DNA of 46,692 bases, taken from sequence record DRR378314_695. The stretch is one strand, 5' to 3'. The position numbers were made by a program, and so were the translations under genes. The notes beneath the pieces were generated by a model that saw only the letters and a program-made list of their open reading frames with translations, was not told where the DNA came from and made no database searches. Positions 36,747-45,612 of this stretch are shown one piece after another. Within the stretch, counting starts at the first letter, position 1. Every line of letters begins with the position of its first letter.

Positions 36747-37508
36747 ATGGCAAAACAGGTCCAGGGAACCCAAAGCTTTGCGCGCAGCATCGGACTGCTG
36801 CAGCATATTTGCGATCGCAGAAACCCGCCAACTTTGGCCAAACTTCTGGATGAATGCGCCTTCACACGCCCAACGCTGTACCGCCTACTAAATGGCTTGG
36901 AGTCCGAGGGGCTGATCGTGCAACTAAAGGACAAAAGCTACAAACCCGGCCCGCGCCTGATCAATCTAGCCCGTTCTGCGTTGGCCAAGTCTGACATTCG
37001 TGACAGGGCGCGGGATGCCTTGGTTCGCGTCAGGGACCAGACGGGTGAAACGGTACATCTCGCCGTGCCAAGTGGCGAGGGGCTTGTCTATATCGACAAG
37101 ATCGAAAGCCTTGAGACGGTGCGCATGAATTCGACCATAGGCACGTTTGTCCCGCTTCACTCCAGCGGGGTCGGCAAAGCTTACCTTTCGGCCTTGCCCG
37201 AAGAAAAGCTTACCGTCTTCCTGGAAAATGCGCCTCTGGAGCCGATCACCCCTTTCACAACTACTGATCCAATCAAGTTGCGCGCGCAGATCAATCAATG
37301 CCGCAGGCAGGGGTTCGTTTTTGATAGTCAGGAGAACGAAGCCGGCATCGCATGTTTTGGCGCGCCCATCCTGGATGAAAACGCCCAGCCAATCGCCGCA
37401 GTCAGTGTATCCGTGCCGTTGTTTCGGTTGAAAGACGAAACGTCTCGATACTCGACCGCCTTACTGGACTGCGTTCGAGAGTTGTCTGATGGTGAGTTTC
37501 AACGCTGA
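36747..37508 (+). CDS. IclR family transcriptional regulator
   Basis: GTQSFAR, RPTLYRLL, TGETVHL, PLHSSGVGKA, QENEAGIACFGAPI. Confidence 0.92.
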   Translation: MAKQVQGTQSFARSIGLLQHICDRRNPPTLAKLLDECAFTRPTLYRLLNGLESEGLIVQLKDKSYKPGPRLINLARSALAKSDIRDRARDALVRVRDQTGETVHLAVPSGEGLVYIDKIESLETVRMNSTIGTFVPLHSSGVGKAYLSALPEEKLTVFLENAPLEPITPFTTTDPIKLRAQINQCRRQGFVFDSQENEAGIACFGAPILDENAQPIAAVSVSVPLFRLKDETSRYSTALLDCVRELSDGEFQR

Positions 37509-37714
37509 ACCTACATCTTGTTTCCAAGGTTTCACCAAAGCGGCCACTAGCAGAGCTGCGACAAACAATGGCCTTGTTGCGCACAGTGTGAATTTGAGAA
37601 ACCGGAATTGTGTAGTCGCAGTGGATGGCAGATCTGACGGGCTGCGTTGCAGCGCCGCAGGCCACTTGTGAGTGTCCGCAAAGGGCTGCGCGCGACTTAA
37701 ATCGCAGGTCTTTG

Positions 37715-38401
37715 TCACTCCACTTCGGATGATAGTAAATGCTCTTTGATCCGCTGGTAGCCATAGCCGATATGGGTGCGCTGGATAAACCCAATCGCAG
37801 CCACATCGCCAAGTTTCAGTGCTGTGTTGATATCCTCAAGCTCCATAACTAAGGCCAACGCCACTTCAGGGCCCACGTCGTTGCCAACCCTGTACCAGGT
37901 GCTGGCGGCCTGATGGTAGGTTTGCCACCAGAACGATTTCAATGTGCTGTTTCCGATAAGGTTGGCGATCAGTTCGTGCAGACGGTGGTTGATTTCAACA
38001 TATCGTTTGGTATCGAAGAACACGCATAATGCTCGGGCTTCCTCCAACAGGCCTTTTCCAGCTTCGTTGTCGGCGGGCGTGATTGCGCGAGGTGACATGG
38101 TGCCGATCAACGAAGCCAATTCCAGGCGCATGTCATAGACATGCCTTACCTGGGCCGCCGTCAGCGCGACAACCACGGTGCCCACGCCATTACGTGTTTC
38201 CACCAGCTCCAGATGGCTGATCCGGCTGATCGCATCGCGAACCGGTGTGCGACTAACCCCAAATTCGGCCGCCAGTTCAGACTCTTTCAGCTGATGTCCG
38301 GGCTGATAGTCCAGAAAACAGATACGTTTCAATAGCTCAGTCTGAATGGACTCGACTATGTTTCTTGGGCTTGTCTCGTCGATTTGCGCAATGCGGCTCA
38401 T
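37715..38401 (-). CDS. GntR/FCD family regulator
   Basis: YQPGHQLKESELAAEFGVSRTPVRDA; AAGGAG RBS before ATG 38401. Confidence 0.9.
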   Translation of the reverse strand: MSRIAQIDETSPRNIVESIQTELLKRICFLDYQPGHQLKESELAAEFGVSRTPVRDAISRISHLELVETRNGVGTVVVALTAAQVRHVYDMRLELASLIGTMSPRAITPADNEAGKGLLEEARALCVFFDTKRYVEINHRLHELIANLIGNSTLKSFWWQTYHQAASTWYRVGNDVGPEVALALVMELEDINTALKLGDVAAIGFIQRTHIGYGYQRIKEHLLSSEVE

Positions 38402-38422
38402 GACTGTCTCCTTATCACTACA

Positions 38423-38493
38423 TGCATACACCATTGATGATATACCTACAATATTCGCGATTATGGCCTAATTGACTCCTATCCTGTATACAG
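38423..38493. promoter_or_regulatory. Candidate GntR operators
   Basis: TGCATACA (38423-38430) and palindrome CTGTATACAG (38484-38493) in the divergent gap. Confidence 0.5.
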
Positions 38494-38541
38494 CTAATGC
38501 ATTTGCCAAGCACACCGACTCACAATCGCAGGAAATCCTCC

Positions 38542-39699
38542 ATGCTGGTCGAAGCCAGAACCCGCACCCTTTCACTTCAGGCCCGCATGCGGGACATGGG
38601 CATTGAGCGCGCCGTTTTTACCGATGAAAGCTCAATCGCTTATCTTGCCGGGTTTTGGGGTTATCTTGGCGTCGAATTCGGTCGCCCGACCATGCTGGTG
38701 GTGGGCGCCGAAGAGGCCCCCGTCGTAATCACGCCGCTGATGGAAAGTGAAATGGTGGCAACCATGACTTGGGTCGAGGATGTGCGCACCTGGGAGGACA
38801 TGGGCGAACGCAACTGGGGCCGCGCCCTGGCCGGTGCCTTGGGTGACAAGCCCGATGAGATCTGGGTCGAACGCGGCAGCATTCCCGCCATCGTGCGCAA
38901 CCATCTGGACGAAACCTATCCGGATGTGCCCGTCAAGGATATTTCGCCGGTTCTGGGTGCCATGCGGGTGATCAAATCCCCGTTGGAAATTCAGGTGATG
39001 AAAGAGGCTGGCCAGATTGCCAACGCAATGATGACCGCCGCATTTGGCAGCCTGCGCGAAGGTGCAAAGGAATATGAAAGCGCACTGGCGGTGATTGATG
39101 CGGGTTCCCGCCGAGCCGCAACTTTTTTGACCGACAAGGGGTGGGAGCGGTTTGTCTCGCCGATGATTCACAACCTACAAATTCTGCAAAGCGGGAAAGA
39201 CACCTCCATGGTTCATCGTCGCGCCTCGGTGAGAGAGTATCAGCGCAGCGATCCGGTCTATTTTTGCTTTTGCAACATGGCACAGTTCAAGCAATACAAG
39301 CTGGGATTCGACCGGATGTTCCACATCGGTGAAGTGACAGATGAGGCCGCCCGCGTTCAGCAGGCCGCCATTGATGCCCAACAAGCAGCTATCGCCGCCA
39401 TCCGCCCGGGCATTGAGGCACAGGAGGTGGCGGCAGCTGCCAATGAGGTCTACGGGGCACGCGGATACGAAACCGGCTATCGCACTGGACGCTCTATTGG
39501 TGTAGCCTATCTGGAGGCACCAGAGCTGAAAACCGGGGACACCACGATCCTGCAACCGGGTATGACCTTTGCGGTGGACGGTGGCATATCTATTGACGGC
39601 GTCACGGCAGGGCGTATTGGCGACTCGGTTGTGGTGACGGAAACGGGAATTGACTACATCACCGACTATCCCCGCACCTTGCTGGTCACGGAAAACTAG
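38542..39699 (+). CDS. M24 (Xaa-Pro peptidase/creatinase-fold) hydrolase lacking the canonical metal ligands
   Basis: Creatinase-N-like YLAGF, MRVIKSPLEI, GRSIG, LQPGMTFAVD, RIGDSVVVTETG. Confidence 0.85.
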   Translation: MLVEARTRTLSLQARMRDMGIERAVFTDESSIAYLAGFWGYLGVEFGRPTMLVVGAEEAPVVITPLMESEMVATMTWVEDVRTWEDMGERNWGRALAGALGDKPDEIWVERGSIPAIVRNHLDETYPDVPVKDISPVLGAMRVIKSPLEIQVMKEAGQIANAMMTAAFGSLREGAKEYESALAVIDAGSRRAATFLTDKGWERFVSPMIHNLQILQSGKDTSMVHRRASVREYQRSDPVYFCFCNMAQFKQYKLGFDRMFHIGEVTDEAARVQQAAIDAQQAAIAAIRPGIEAQEVAAAANEVYGARGYETGYRTGRSIGVAYLEAPELKTGDTTILQPGMTFAVDGGISIDGVTAGRIGDSVVVTETGIDYITDYPRTLLVTEN

Positions 39700-39701
39700 C
39701 G

Positions 39702-40496
39702 ATGGGCCGCACGTTCCGCCTTGCCGTGGGGCAATCTTCGGCCGAATTGCCAACGACGCGGGACCGGCTGGACTGGCTGGCCGAAACGCTCCCCACAGTT
39801 GCAACGCATCGTGCTGACCTCTTGGTGCTGCCGGAGCTTTTTGCCACTGGTTACAACATCGGTGATCAGATCGCGGAACGGTCCGAACCCGCAGATGGCC
39901 CCATCGCACAGGCAATCTTGGGATTGGCCAGTGTCCATGGCCTCGCTATTCATTATGGCTTTCCCGAGGTCGACGGGAACGCAATCTTTAACACCGCGCA
40001 GTGCTTTGGGCCGGATGGCACGCGATTGGGCATTCATCGCAAACTGTCCATCCCGCCGGGTTTCGAGCGCAAGTATTTCACACCGGGCGACGGATATACG
40101 CTCTTCACCTACCGCGAAGTACGGATCGCGACGCTGATCTGCTATGACGCCGAATTTCCCGAGACAGCGCGGCATGTGTCGTCGATCGGAGCAGAGTTGA
40201 TCCTGGTCCCCACGGCGCTCGGGGAGCAGTGGGATTGGGTCGCGCAGCGGATGATACCTACGCGCGCCTATGAGAACGGTGTTTACCTCGCCTATGCCAA
40301 TAGTGCAGGGGCCGAAAACGGCTTGTCGTTTCTGGGGCAAAGTTTCATCGCAACCCCGGATGGACAAGAACTTACACGGGCCGGAGCAGAGACCGAGATT
40401 CTATATGGAACATTGGAGTTAGACAGAGTGTCGGCCGCTCAATCTCGGCTCCCGTACCTCAGGGACCGGGAGGTATTCAAACTCGATAATCTTTAA
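39702..40496 (+). CDS. Carbon-nitrogen hydrolase (nitrilase superfamily amidase)
   Basis: Catalytic triad in LPELFATGY, HRK, ICYDAEFPE; RAYEN. Confidence 0.9.
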   Translation: MGRTFRLAVGQSSAELPTTRDRLDWLAETLPTVATHRADLLVLPELFATGYNIGDQIAERSEPADGPIAQAILGLASVHGLAIHYGFPEVDGNAIFNTAQCFGPDGTRLGIHRKLSIPPGFERKYFTPGDGYTLFTYREVRIATLICYDAEFPETARHVSSIGAELILVPTALGEQWDWVAQRMIPTRAYENGVYLAYANSAGAENGLSFLGQSFIATPDGQELTRAGAETEILYGTLELDRVSAAQSRLPYLRDREVFKLDNL

Positions 40497-40624
40497 CTTG
40501 TTTCAAACTGCGGGTATTCCTACGCTGCAGCCGCTAGGTTCCTCAATATGCTATGCGTGTCATTCAAAGTCTGCTTTGGCGAAAACTGCGATGCGCCACC
40601 CATAGCCACGATGAACGTTTCCTA

Positions 40625-40648
40625 TGGGCCGTCTGTGAAGACGGCCCA
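40625..40648. repeat. Perfect hairpin directly after the integrase relic stop
   Basis: TGGGCCGTCT-GTGA-AGACGGCCCA. Confidence 0.6.
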
Positions 40649-40654
40649 GAACAC

Positions 40655-40929
40655 CTAGATTTCAATGGTTTCTGCAATGGCCAGGGCGTCTTCAAGCTCA
40701 ACACCAAGATACCTGACTGTGCTGTCCATCTTCGTATGACCTTACAGCAGTTGGTCGGCGCGTAGGTTACCGGTTTTCTTGTAAATCTGCGCCACCTTCG
40801 TCCGCCGCATTGAATGCGTACTGTAAGCGCTCGCCTCAAGGCCAATCGAAGTTACCCAGTCGCGGACAATCCTCGCATACTGGCGAGTCGAGATGTGTAG
40901 GCGTTCATGGAGCCGACCTGGCCAAAGAT
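40655..40929 (-). pseudogene. Tyrosine recombinase/integrase C-terminal fragment with a premature stop
   Basis: LWPGR..HISTRQYARIV..THSMRRTK..TGNLRADQLL*GHTKMDSTVRYLGVELEDAL; H-x-x-R, GH and Tyr motifs; in-frame TAA at 40742-40744; N-terminus absent. Confidence 0.85.
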
Positions 40930-41648
40930 CCGGCCTTTGTGCCATGCAGGCCGCAGCGCGCGGATGGTAAGTAGGTTTGGTGTTTCCATAGCTGATCCTC
41001 CGATCCGCCATGCCCTCCCACAACGACAACCCGACGTTGACTGAAACGCCGTACCACAGGATGCCGCGCCACATCCGCTATCGGTTACGAGTCCTCACGA
41101 CATGTTTTCAGTGATGCAGCGAATGTCGGCTTCAGAGTGGCATACTAAGAAGGTTGCCTAAGTGGTTACGGATTTGCCGATACACAAGGCGAAGGCTGGG
41201 TTGTAACCAATTCTTTCATCTGTATCGGGCCTTGGAAAAAGCGTTAGGCCCACGAACATTGTAATACCGTCGCCAAGTGGTTATGTTAAGCCCACTAAAG
41301 TTCTGGTTTTCTGCGGCCTAGGTGTATCGCCAGCTAGAGTGAACTAAGTTCTTCCATCATGAAAATTCAGCTGTCACGTCCTCTACTTGGATCTGATGTT
41401 TGGGAAGGTTGCCGATGTTTTCGCGCACAACCACATCGCTTGTGACGTTTGGTGATCCGTTTTGGTGATCAGGCGCACCGATGGTTTGCCAAAGAACCAC
41501 AACGCAACCGTTGATCAACCGAGCTTCCGGAAGGCCCGAACTGCGCCTATCGGTCATCGCGGCTTGGGAATGGCCCTAGCGCGAGAATAAGAATGCGCAA
41601 AAAGACACAAAACAGCGTGGCGGCGCTTTCTCCGCCAGAGGATCTAAA

Positions 41649-42002
41649 ATGACATTTCCAGAATGGACGAAACCAGGCATCTACGGTGCTTTGTGTGGTG
41701 CAATTGCGGTCTCAATCCTTGGCTTTACCTGGGGCGGTTGGACAACCAGCGGCAGCGCTCAAGAATTGGCTAAGGATCATGCAAGCGAAGAAGTGACGCT
41801 CGCGATGGTGCCGGTTTGCCTGAACAGGTCAGCCGCTGACCCCAGGCGCGACGAAATAATCTTAACCCTCCAAGAGGCCTCTGGCTTCAGTCGCCGTAAG
41901 GCTATGATGGATACGGGTTGGGCTACGCTGCCGGGGTCGGAAACGCCAAGCCGCGACCTTGCAGATGCCTGTATCGCGGGGCTTGAGTTGGATGGATCAT
42001 AA
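41649..42002 (+). CDS. Hypothetical membrane-anchored protein
   Basis: GAGGA RBS; N-terminal TM segment with GFTWGGW; two Cys (PVC, DAC) and GWATLPG, a pattern recalled from small alphaproteobacterial proteins. Confidence 0.75.
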   Translation: MTFPEWTKPGIYGALCGAIAVSILGFTWGGWTTSGSAQELAKDHASEEVTLAMVPVCLNRSAADPRRDEIILTLQEASGFSRRKAMMDTGWATLPGSETPSRDLADACIAGLELDGS

Positions 42003-42012
42003 CTCAGAGGCA

Positions 42013-42831
42013 ATGCCGCAACTCTGTCGGGTGACCTGGGGATCGCATCTGCCACCTGGCATTTGGATGATTGCGGCTCTGATTGTGCTCCCAATCTGTG
42101 CTCTATTTCTGTCTTCAACGCCTACGCATGCTCAATCCACATCGCAATCTGTGCCTGAAAATGCCACTGCAAGGAGCTACGGCGAAGGTTGGAAATGTAA
42201 CGCCGGGTACAGGCTGAATGGCGACGTCTGCGCCGTTGTCATCGTGCCAGCAAATGCGTACCCGACCAACCGCACCTATGGTTCTGGTTGGGAATGTCTT
42301 CATGGTTTTAGCATGCAAGATGCGACGGCCTGCGTCGCGGTGATTGTACCTGATGGCGGATTTCTTGATCCATCAGGTGAGCGCTGGCAGTGCTCGCGCG
42401 GTTTTCAAAAAATAGACGACACATGCCAAGAAATTGTCGTACCCGCAAACGCTTACCTGGCAGTTACGACCCATGGACCCGGGTGGGAATGCAAACGTGG
42501 GTTTCAAGCAAAGGACGACCTTTGCATCGCCGTTGTAATCCCAGCCAACGCTTATCTGAACTCATCGGGATACGGCCAGCCATGGACATGCGAACGTGGA
42601 TTCTTTGATCAGGATGGCTCGTGCGTGGCCGTTGTAATCCCTGAACATGCCTACTTTGACGATGCAACTTACGGTACGGGATGGAAGTGCGAGCGGGGAT
42701 ACGCTGCATCAGGTGCGATCTGCGAAATAATAGACCTCCCTGCAAATACCCATCTTAGCAGGTCCGGAAACCGTTGGGAATGCAACAAGAATTTCAAATT
42801 GTCCAAAGGTCTGTGCATTCTCGATAACTGA
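42013..42831 (+). CDS. Secreted cysteine-rich tandem-repeat protein (7 repeats)
   Basis: Signal-like MIAALIVLPICALFLSSTPTHA (alternative ATG at 42067); 7 repeats of consensus vPanA..W-x-C-x-x-G[FY]..C. Confidence 0.8.
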   Translation: MPQLCRVTWGSHLPPGIWMIAALIVLPICALFLSSTPTHAQSTSQSVPENATARSYGEGWKCNAGYRLNGDVCAVVIVPANAYPTNRTYGSGWECLHGFSMQDATACVAVIVPDGGFLDPSGERWQCSRGFQKIDDTCQEIVVPANAYLAVTTHGPGWECKRGFQAKDDLCIAVVIPANAYLNSSGYGQPWTCERGFFDQDGSCVAVVIPEHAYFDDATYGTGWKCERGYAASGAICEIIDLPANTHLSRSGNRWECNKNFKLSKGLCILDN

Positions 42832-42914
42832 GCGGGCGGCACGACATAATTGGCTTCATTACCCGATAGTGACGACAGCGTTGCCTTCGGCGTCGACCAC
42901 AAAAAGGAAACATC

Positions 42915-44114
42915 ATGAAAACCGACTTTAGCGCGGCAAACACGATCCGTCGTCCAGTCAGCGGTGCACAAGCGCCGCCATTGGCCCGCGACGAACCCAT
43001 AAGATCAATCTCTGCCACTCAGATCGTCTTGCCGCCAACTGCAATTGTCTATTGCCAAGGAAACTTCGCCAAAATTGATGGCAAAACTGCAAATGGCCTC
43101 GTTCGTCATTCAGAAGCCTACAGGATTTTATCTGTCATCGATAGCAACTATGGCGGTGAAGACAGCGGGCTGGTTCTTGACGGCACGGTTAACCATATTC
43201 CGGTCTTCAGAAGCTTGGACGCTGCTGTCGCCCATGAAACCGTCATCCCAGATACCCTCATTTATGGGATGGCACCATCTATTGGGAGACTCTCATCGAC
43301 AGATCGCGACGTTGTTCTCGACGCGATTTCACTAGGTATGAATATCGTCAGTGGATTGCATGAATATCTGAGCGATGATCCGGAAATTGCGTCTTTTGCG
43401 GTCGAACGCAAAGTCACCATTCGAGATATTCGAAAACCTAAACCCAGCAAGAATATGCGCCTGTTCGACGGAAGTATTGCAGGAGTGAAGGCACTGCGCA
43501 TAGCGGTTCTTGGAACTGATTGTGCCATTGGAAAACGGACAACAGCAACCGTATTGGCCCGCGTCTTGAACGCAAGGGGCATCAAGACTGTTCTTGTTGG
43601 TACGGGCCAGACGGGTTTGATGCAGGGCGCAAAATATGGGGTGGCAATGGATGCCGTGCCGCCGCAGTTTTGTTGTGGTGAACTTGAAGGTGCGATTGTT
43701 GACGCTTCCGAGGCTGAACAACCCGATGTCATATTGATCGAAGGCCAAGGAGCGTTGAGTCATCCGGCATTCTGCACATCCGCCTTTATCCTGCGGGGCA
43801 GCCAACCAGACGCCGTGATCCTTCAGCACGCTCCAAAGCGCGCACATCGCTGTGATTTTCCCAATATGCCAATGCCCAAGCCTGCAAGTGAGATTGCCCT
43901 TATCGAAGCTTTTGCTGACACAAAAGTCATCGGTGTCACGCTCAATCACGAGGGGATGTCTGAGGTCGAGATTACCGACACTATCGCCGCACAGTCACAA
44001 AAACTCGGGCTGCCTGTAACGGATGTACTCAGCCGGCCAGTATCGCATTTGCTTGCAATGGTTGTCGCCGCCTATCCTGGGTTACATCAATCCACGCCTG
44101 TGGCTGCGATATGA
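42915..44114 (+). CDS. DUF1611 domain protein (DgcN-like P-loop fold)
   Basis: GKTANGL, GLHEYL, GTDCAIGKRTT, GTGQTG, IEGQGALSHP, LRGSQPD. Confidence 0.9.
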   Translation: MKTDFSAANTIRRPVSGAQAPPLARDEPIRSISATQIVLPPTAIVYCQGNFAKIDGKTANGLVRHSEAYRILSVIDSNYGGEDSGLVLDGTVNHIPVFRSLDAAVAHETVIPDTLIYGMAPSIGRLSSTDRDVVLDAISLGMNIVSGLHEYLSDDPEIASFAVERKVTIRDIRKPKPSKNMRLFDGSIAGVKALRIAVLGTDCAIGKRTTATVLARVLNARGIKTVLVGTGQTGLMQGAKYGVAMDAVPPQFCCGELEGAIVDASEAEQPDVILIEGQGALSHPAFCTSAFILRGSQPDAVILQHAPKRAHRCDFPNMPMPKPASEIALIEAFADTKVIGVTLNHEGMSEVEITDTIAAQSQKLGLPVTDVLSRPVSHLLAMVVAAYPGLHQSTPVAAI

Positions 44115-45232
44115 GTACACCCCGCATTGAGGTGCATCTGAGCAAGATACGCCACAATGCAAAGACTGTGATCGGGCGCCTCAAGACTCGCGGCATCAGC
44201 GTCACCGGTGTGACCAAAGCAGTGTGCGGGCATCCAGCAATCGCTCGGGCCATGCTGGACGGTGGCGCTGTGGGACTTGCAGAAGCGCGGCTTAGCAACG
44301 TGCGGAAATTACGCAATGCGGGCATGACATGCCCGATCACCATGATCCGTACACCAACGCTGAGCCAGGTCGATCAGGTCGTCCAATACTGTGAGGCAAG
44401 CTACAACACAGAGATCCTCGTGATTACCGCTCTGGCCGCCGCCGCGATCCGGAAGGACTGCATTCACGGCATTATCCTGATGGTTGAGATGGGCGATCTG
44501 CGCGAAGGGATCATGCCAAAATACCTCGGCTCAATTGCACAGCAAGTGGTGGATATGCCAGGTGTCGCGCTGAAGGGCATCGGAGCGAACTTCGCATGTC
44601 TGAGTGGAATTGCCCCGAATGCCACAGACATGGACGCCATGTCTGTCTTGGCGAATGACACAGAGGGACAGTGTGGGCCCATCCTTCAGACGGTATCTGG
44701 CGGTAACTCGGCCAACCTTCCTTGGGCCCTCGGTGGACACCCAGTTGGTCGCATCAACGATTTAAGGCTGGGCGAAGCAATCCTTCTGGGCGTTGATCCG
44801 GTATCCGGAGATCAGATAGGCGGGATGTATACTGATGCCTTTACGCTTGTCGCTGAGGTCATTGAAACAGGGTCCAAACCTGCAACTCACCCTCAGAGTA
44901 TCTGCGACCCGGTATTCAAACGACTTCACCTTGTCCCAAAAAATGGACAGAGCACACAATTAGTTCTCGCCATTGGTCAACAAGATACGGACGTTTTTGG
45001 GCTTTCTATGCATCCTAGAAACAGGCTCATCGGTGCAACAAGCGATCATCTTGTCATCGGGACATCCCATTCGACACAGAGCGTAGGATCGGAAATGAGG
45101 TTCCAAATGAACTATAGTGCGTTGATGAAAGCTATGTCCGCTCCTGACGTTCAGACAAAGCTGCTACATCGCAGTCCTTCACGACACGCGCATGTCTCTC
45201 AAGGACCAGGCAATCACCTGGCATCAATTTGA
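44111..45232 (+). CDS. Alanine/ornithine racemase family PLP-dependent enzyme
   Basis: VTKAVCG (PLP Lys), EMGDLREG, GANFAC, SGGNS, LRLGEA, GATSDHL; ATGA overlap with DUF1611. Confidence 0.88.
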   Translation: MSTPRIEVHLSKIRHNAKTVIGRLKTRGISVTGVTKAVCGHPAIARAMLDGGAVGLAEARLSNVRKLRNAGMTCPITMIRTPTLSQVDQVVQYCEASYNTEILVITALAAAAIRKDCIHGIILMVEMGDLREGIMPKYLGSIAQQVVDMPGVALKGIGANFACLSGIAPNATDMDAMSVLANDTEGQCGPILQTVSGGNSANLPWALGGHPVGRINDLRLGEAILLGVDPVSGDQIGGMYTDAFTLVAEVIETGSKPATHPQSICDPVFKRLHLVPKNGQSTQLVLAIGQQDTDVFGLSMHPRNRLIGATSDHLVIGTSHSTQSVGSEMRFQMNYSALMKAMSAPDVQTKLLHRSPSRHAHVSQGPGNHLASI

Positions 45233-45281
45233 AATACTCAACTGATAAATGCGCCGTTGGAAACGGATAGGAGAACAACCA

Positions 45282-45494
45282 TTGGCAAAGCCGAAAAAAG
45301 CTACTGTCTTCAATGCACACGTACCCAAGGCGGAAACGCCGATGGAAAAAACAACGCGGGTCGTTAGGGAAATGGTCACCGAAGAAGCAGAGCAAAGACA
45401 GATCAAGAACGCCCGGCTTCGCAAAACTCGGCTCGAAAGGGATGCGAAGACACCATTTGAAGCCCGTCCGCCGAAGCCCGTCAAAAAGCGGTGA
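45282..45494 (+). CDS. Small basic hypothetical protein
   Basis: AGGAG RBS plus TTG; ETPMEKTTR and KNARLRKTRLER, a pattern recalled from small alphaproteobacterial proteins. Confidence 0.6.
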   Translation: MAKPKKATVFNAHVPKAETPMEKTTRVVREMVTEEAEQRQIKNARLRKTRLERDAKTPFEARPPKPVKKR

Positions 45495-45612
45495 CAGGAT
45501 CTTTGGCCTTTCTCTCCGCGCGACTTGATTGAGCGAAACACAAACAAAGTGGCTAGCGAGCACTGTATATCTCATGCATCAGTAGCGCCGTACTCGTTTC
45601 AAGGATATTGCC

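Noticed and set aside
40930-41074. N-terminal part of ORF 40742-41074 as integrase sequence
   Set aside because: No recombinase motifs upstream of LWPGR; looks like unrelated read-through
41357-41557. 66-aa minus-strand ORF
   Set aside because: No clear RBS or recognisable motif; cannot be supported
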